A stretch of DNA of 64,000 nucleotides from contig OZ361259.1 in NCBI GenBank assembly GCA_977018835.1, positions 1,550,001-1,614,000 on the forward strand, read 5' to 3'. Numbering within the stretch: position 1 is the first letter of the stretch; every line of letters starts with the position of its first letter. The stretch comes from Minutocellus sp. GHC0000111. Taxonomy: Eukaryota. This document shows, piece after piece, positions 61,091 through 64,000 of this stretch. Both the position numbers and the translations under genes were made by a program. The notes under the pieces are model-generated. The model made no database searches. It worked only from the letters and a program-made list of their open reading frames with translations, and was not told the origin of the DNA.

Positions 61091-62823
61091 ATGTTCGCCC
61101 TGAACCGATCGGCGTCTCGCATCGCCTCGGCGTCTCTTGTCCGACGCGCCGCACCCGCCGCCGCGGGCACAAGTGCAGCGCAAATGTCCACCCGCTCCTC
61201 CGCAGGTGAGGCTCTCAACGAACGTCTCACCACCACCGACCCCGAGCTGTGCAACCTCATCGAGCAGGAGAAGGCCCGTCAGCGCTCCTCGCTGGTACTG
61301 ATTGCCTCCGAAAACTTTACCTCCCGTGCTGTTTTGGATGCACTGGGCTCCGTCTTGTCCAACAAGTATTCCGAGGGTTATCCCGGTGCCCGGTATTATG
61401 GCGGCAACGAGAACATTGACCAGGTCGAGCTGCTCTGCCAGAAGCGTGCTCTCGAGGCCTTTCACTTGGATCCCGAGGAGTGGGGCGTCAATGTCCAGAG
61501 TCTGAGTGGCAGCCCGGCCAACTTCCAGGTACGTTTGATGGATGTGCTGGTTTTGGATATTTTTTTTTTGATTGAAATTATGTGTCGAATAGATGCTCCT
61601 GGTGCAATGTAACATGCGTTCTGGTTCAATCATTTATGTGGATGTATTTCAGTATATCTCATCCGATGGCGTCTCTTTCAACATATTCGTTATGCTTGCA
61701 GGTCTACACCGCCCTCCTCGAGACGCATGATCGCATCCTCTCCCTCGACTTGCCCCACGGCGGCCATCTCAGCCACGGCTACCAAACCCCGACCAAAAAG
61801 ATTTCCGCGGTCAGCCGGTACTTTGAATCCATGCCCTACCGGCTCGACGAGTCGACCGGTACCATTGACTACGACCAGATGGAGCGCAGTGCCGAGCTGT
61901 TCCGTCCCAAGCTCATCGTGGCCGGTGCGTCGGCCTACTCCCGTCTCATCGACTACGAGCGCATCCGTCAGATTGCCGACAAGGTCGGTGCGTACGTGTT
62001 GTCGGACATGGCGCACATTTCGGGTTTGGTTTCGGCCGAGGTCATTCCATCGCCCTTTGCCTATTCGGATGTGGTCACTACCACCACCCACAAGTCGTTG
62101 CGTGGTCCTCGCGGAGCCATCATCTTCTACCGCAAGGGACAACGCGGAACCGACAAGAAGGGCAACCCGATCATGTGGGATCTGGAGTCCAAGATCAACT
62201 TTGCCGTCTTCCCTGGACTGCAGGGCGGGCCGCACAATCATACCATTGGTGCCCTGGCCACATGCCTGAAGCAGGCCAACACGGCCGAATTTGTCGAGTA
62301 CCAGAAGCAGGTGCTCAAGAATGCCAGTGCCTTGTCTACGAGATTGAATGAGCTGGGATACACTCTGGTCAGTGGCGGTACCGACAATCACTTGGTACTT
62401 GTGGACCTCAAGACCAGCCGTGGCATCGATGGTGCCCGAGTGGAGCGTGTGCTGGAGTTGGCATGCATTGCCAGTAATAAGAATACCATTCCTGGAGACA
62501 AGTCGGCCCTCACTCCTGGTGGTATTCGGATGGGAACTCCGGCGTTGACCTCGCGTGGATTCATGGAGAAGGACTTTGTCGAGGTGGCCAACTTCTTTGA
62601 TCGTGCGGTCGAGATTGCCGTCCGGCTCAAGTCGACCGATCAGGGCAAGAAGCTGAAGGGCTTCCGAGAGCTCTGTTCTGTTGGACCAAGTGTTGATCCG
62701 GAATTGGAACAGTTGCGGCATGATGTGAGTTCGTTCGCTGAGAGCTTCCCCACCGTTGGCTTTGACGAGGCAGAGATGGAATTCCAGGGGGAGTACAATG
62801 TTGATTTCCAAGTGGCAGCATAA
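61091..62823 (+). CDS. SHMT: Serine hydroxymethyltransferase, mitochondrial-type presequence
   Basis: [59 protein letters not shown]; intron 61529-61701. Intact. Confidence 0.97.
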
Positions 62824-62992
62824 GCGGTAACGATTGAATGGAGTAAGATGAACTGGAAAGCTGAAAGGAGGAGTACGGCGTCGTACGATACACCAATGGT
62901 AAACATACGTTTGATCTTAGTACTAGCTAGTATTAGCATACCTTCTTTTCTAATGTCTTTTATTTCTATAGTATGGCTTCGTCGTCGATCTT

Positions 62993-63748
62993 TTAAATCT
63001 TGTTCTTTCCCTTGGCCTTGAGTGGCTTGGCCGCCTTGACCTTCTCGAATCCCCTGACTTTTTCGACGCACGAGCAGTCATCCATTTGCTTCTCACCATC
63101 GGTACAGGCATGGTCGCAGACAGTGTCTGGAGCTACGCACTCACAATCGTCGTTGTGGATGAGGTCACCATCGCAATCAACGGGGCAGACGCATGTGAAG
63201 TCGCAGGTAGCTGGGTCCTGGAAATCCCGAAGAACGATCTTGCCATCCTTAGCACAGTCGGGCTCCTCGCATACGCAATCGGAGCTGCAATCGAGGGGAG
63301 ATATCCAATCAAGCTCGAAGTTGTCTGGGCAGTCTCGCTCGGGGCATTCTTCGCATTTCACTTCACAATTTTCGTCGTATGCAGCCTCGTCGTCGTCACA
63401 GGTGGTCAGGAGAGCAGCTGCGAGAGCGTCTTGGTCGCAAACGTCGGGCTCGTCGGCACCACCACCTTCCTGTCCTTCGTGTCCTTCGAGGAGCTCTTCG
63501 AGTTTGCTCAGCTCACTCTCCAGATCCTGGATCTCTTGTTGGACCTGATCGTCGAGGGCACCGAGGTCGTCGGCTAGACCGTCGGTATCGTTTCCACTGA
63601 GATCGTCAATGACGTCGCCAAGATGGGACGAATCGTAGTTGACAGTGGCGTCGGCAGTTTGAACCTCTAGAGTTTGGCGAGGCTTGGCGTTCTTGCGAGC
63701 CGAGGCAGACTGGACGGCGAGGAGAAGGGCGAGGGTAGAAAGGCGCAT
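62993..63748 (-). CDS. Secreted acidic Cys-rich (CxCxC-repeat-like) protein
   Basis: MRLSTLALLLAVQSASA signal, short coiled-coil, repeated C-x-C motifs, basic tail. Confidence 0.75.
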   Translation of the reverse strand: MRLSTLALLLAVQSASARKNAKPRQTLEVQTADATVNYDSSHLGDVIDDLSGNDTDGLADDLGALDDQVQQEIQDLESELSKLEELLEGHEGQEGGGADEPDVCDQDALAAALLTTCDDDEAAYDENCEVKCEECPERDCPDNFELDWISPLDCSSDCVCEEPDCAKDGKIVLRDFQDPATCDFTCVCPVDCDGDLIHNDDCECVAPDTVCDHACTDGEKQMDDCSCVEKVRGFEKVKAAKPLKAKGKNKI

Positions 63749-64000
63749 GTTTATGATCTTGACGATGGACGGATTTTCGTTCGCTTCGGTTGCTATGGAG
63801 CAGATTGTTCGAATTGTGAGCCGGTCTACATGCAAACGTGAAGCTTCTGGTGTGACGTGATGAAGGCAGAGCAGCAATAGCTGTGGTCGTTGATTGTCGG
63901 ATTCTAATAAATCGTCCAGCACTTGGCTTTTTTACTTATGGATACGGGGCCGCATAACCTGCAAACCACCGGTGATTTAGACCAACTTTTCAACTCTTAT

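Noticed and set aside
31903..62811. Long antisense ORFs (31903-32949, 37974-38873, 50099-51043, 52248-53282, 61690-62811)
   Set aside because: These are shadows of GC-rich or low-complexity sense genes.

Overview
Gene-dense eukaryotic nuclear DNA, most likely from a diatom. The evidence is short GT-AG introns, signal peptide + 'AF' plastid-targeting presequences, a Lys/Ser-rich silaffin-like protein and SEL1-MYND genes. The supplied ORF track uses bacterial alternative starts, so gene models were rebuilt by hand. About 27 host gene loci are present, including a PQQ-type sugar dehydrogenase-PKD, sterol C24-methyltransferase, an ankyrin protein, a double-PHD protein, an HMG-box protein, ubiquilin, an ABCG transporter, a fibrillin, SufE-BolA, DUF1826, two 2OG-Fe(II) oxygenase-like proteins, an FKBP, SHMT and several secreted Cys-rich proteins. 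Two signals stand out. (1) A ~3 kb mosaic of transposon relics (Crypton-like and RAG1/Transib-like) is almost devoid of TpA while keeping CpG, with apparent Tyr->His/Cys changes. This suggests a TpA-targeted hypermutation, the reverse direction of fungal RIP. (2) About 12 of the ~27 host loci carry nonsense codons, frameshifts, lost starts or deletions, suggesting a decaying chromosome copy, although assembly error cannot be excluded. All family assignments come from motif recognition by eye; no searches were run.
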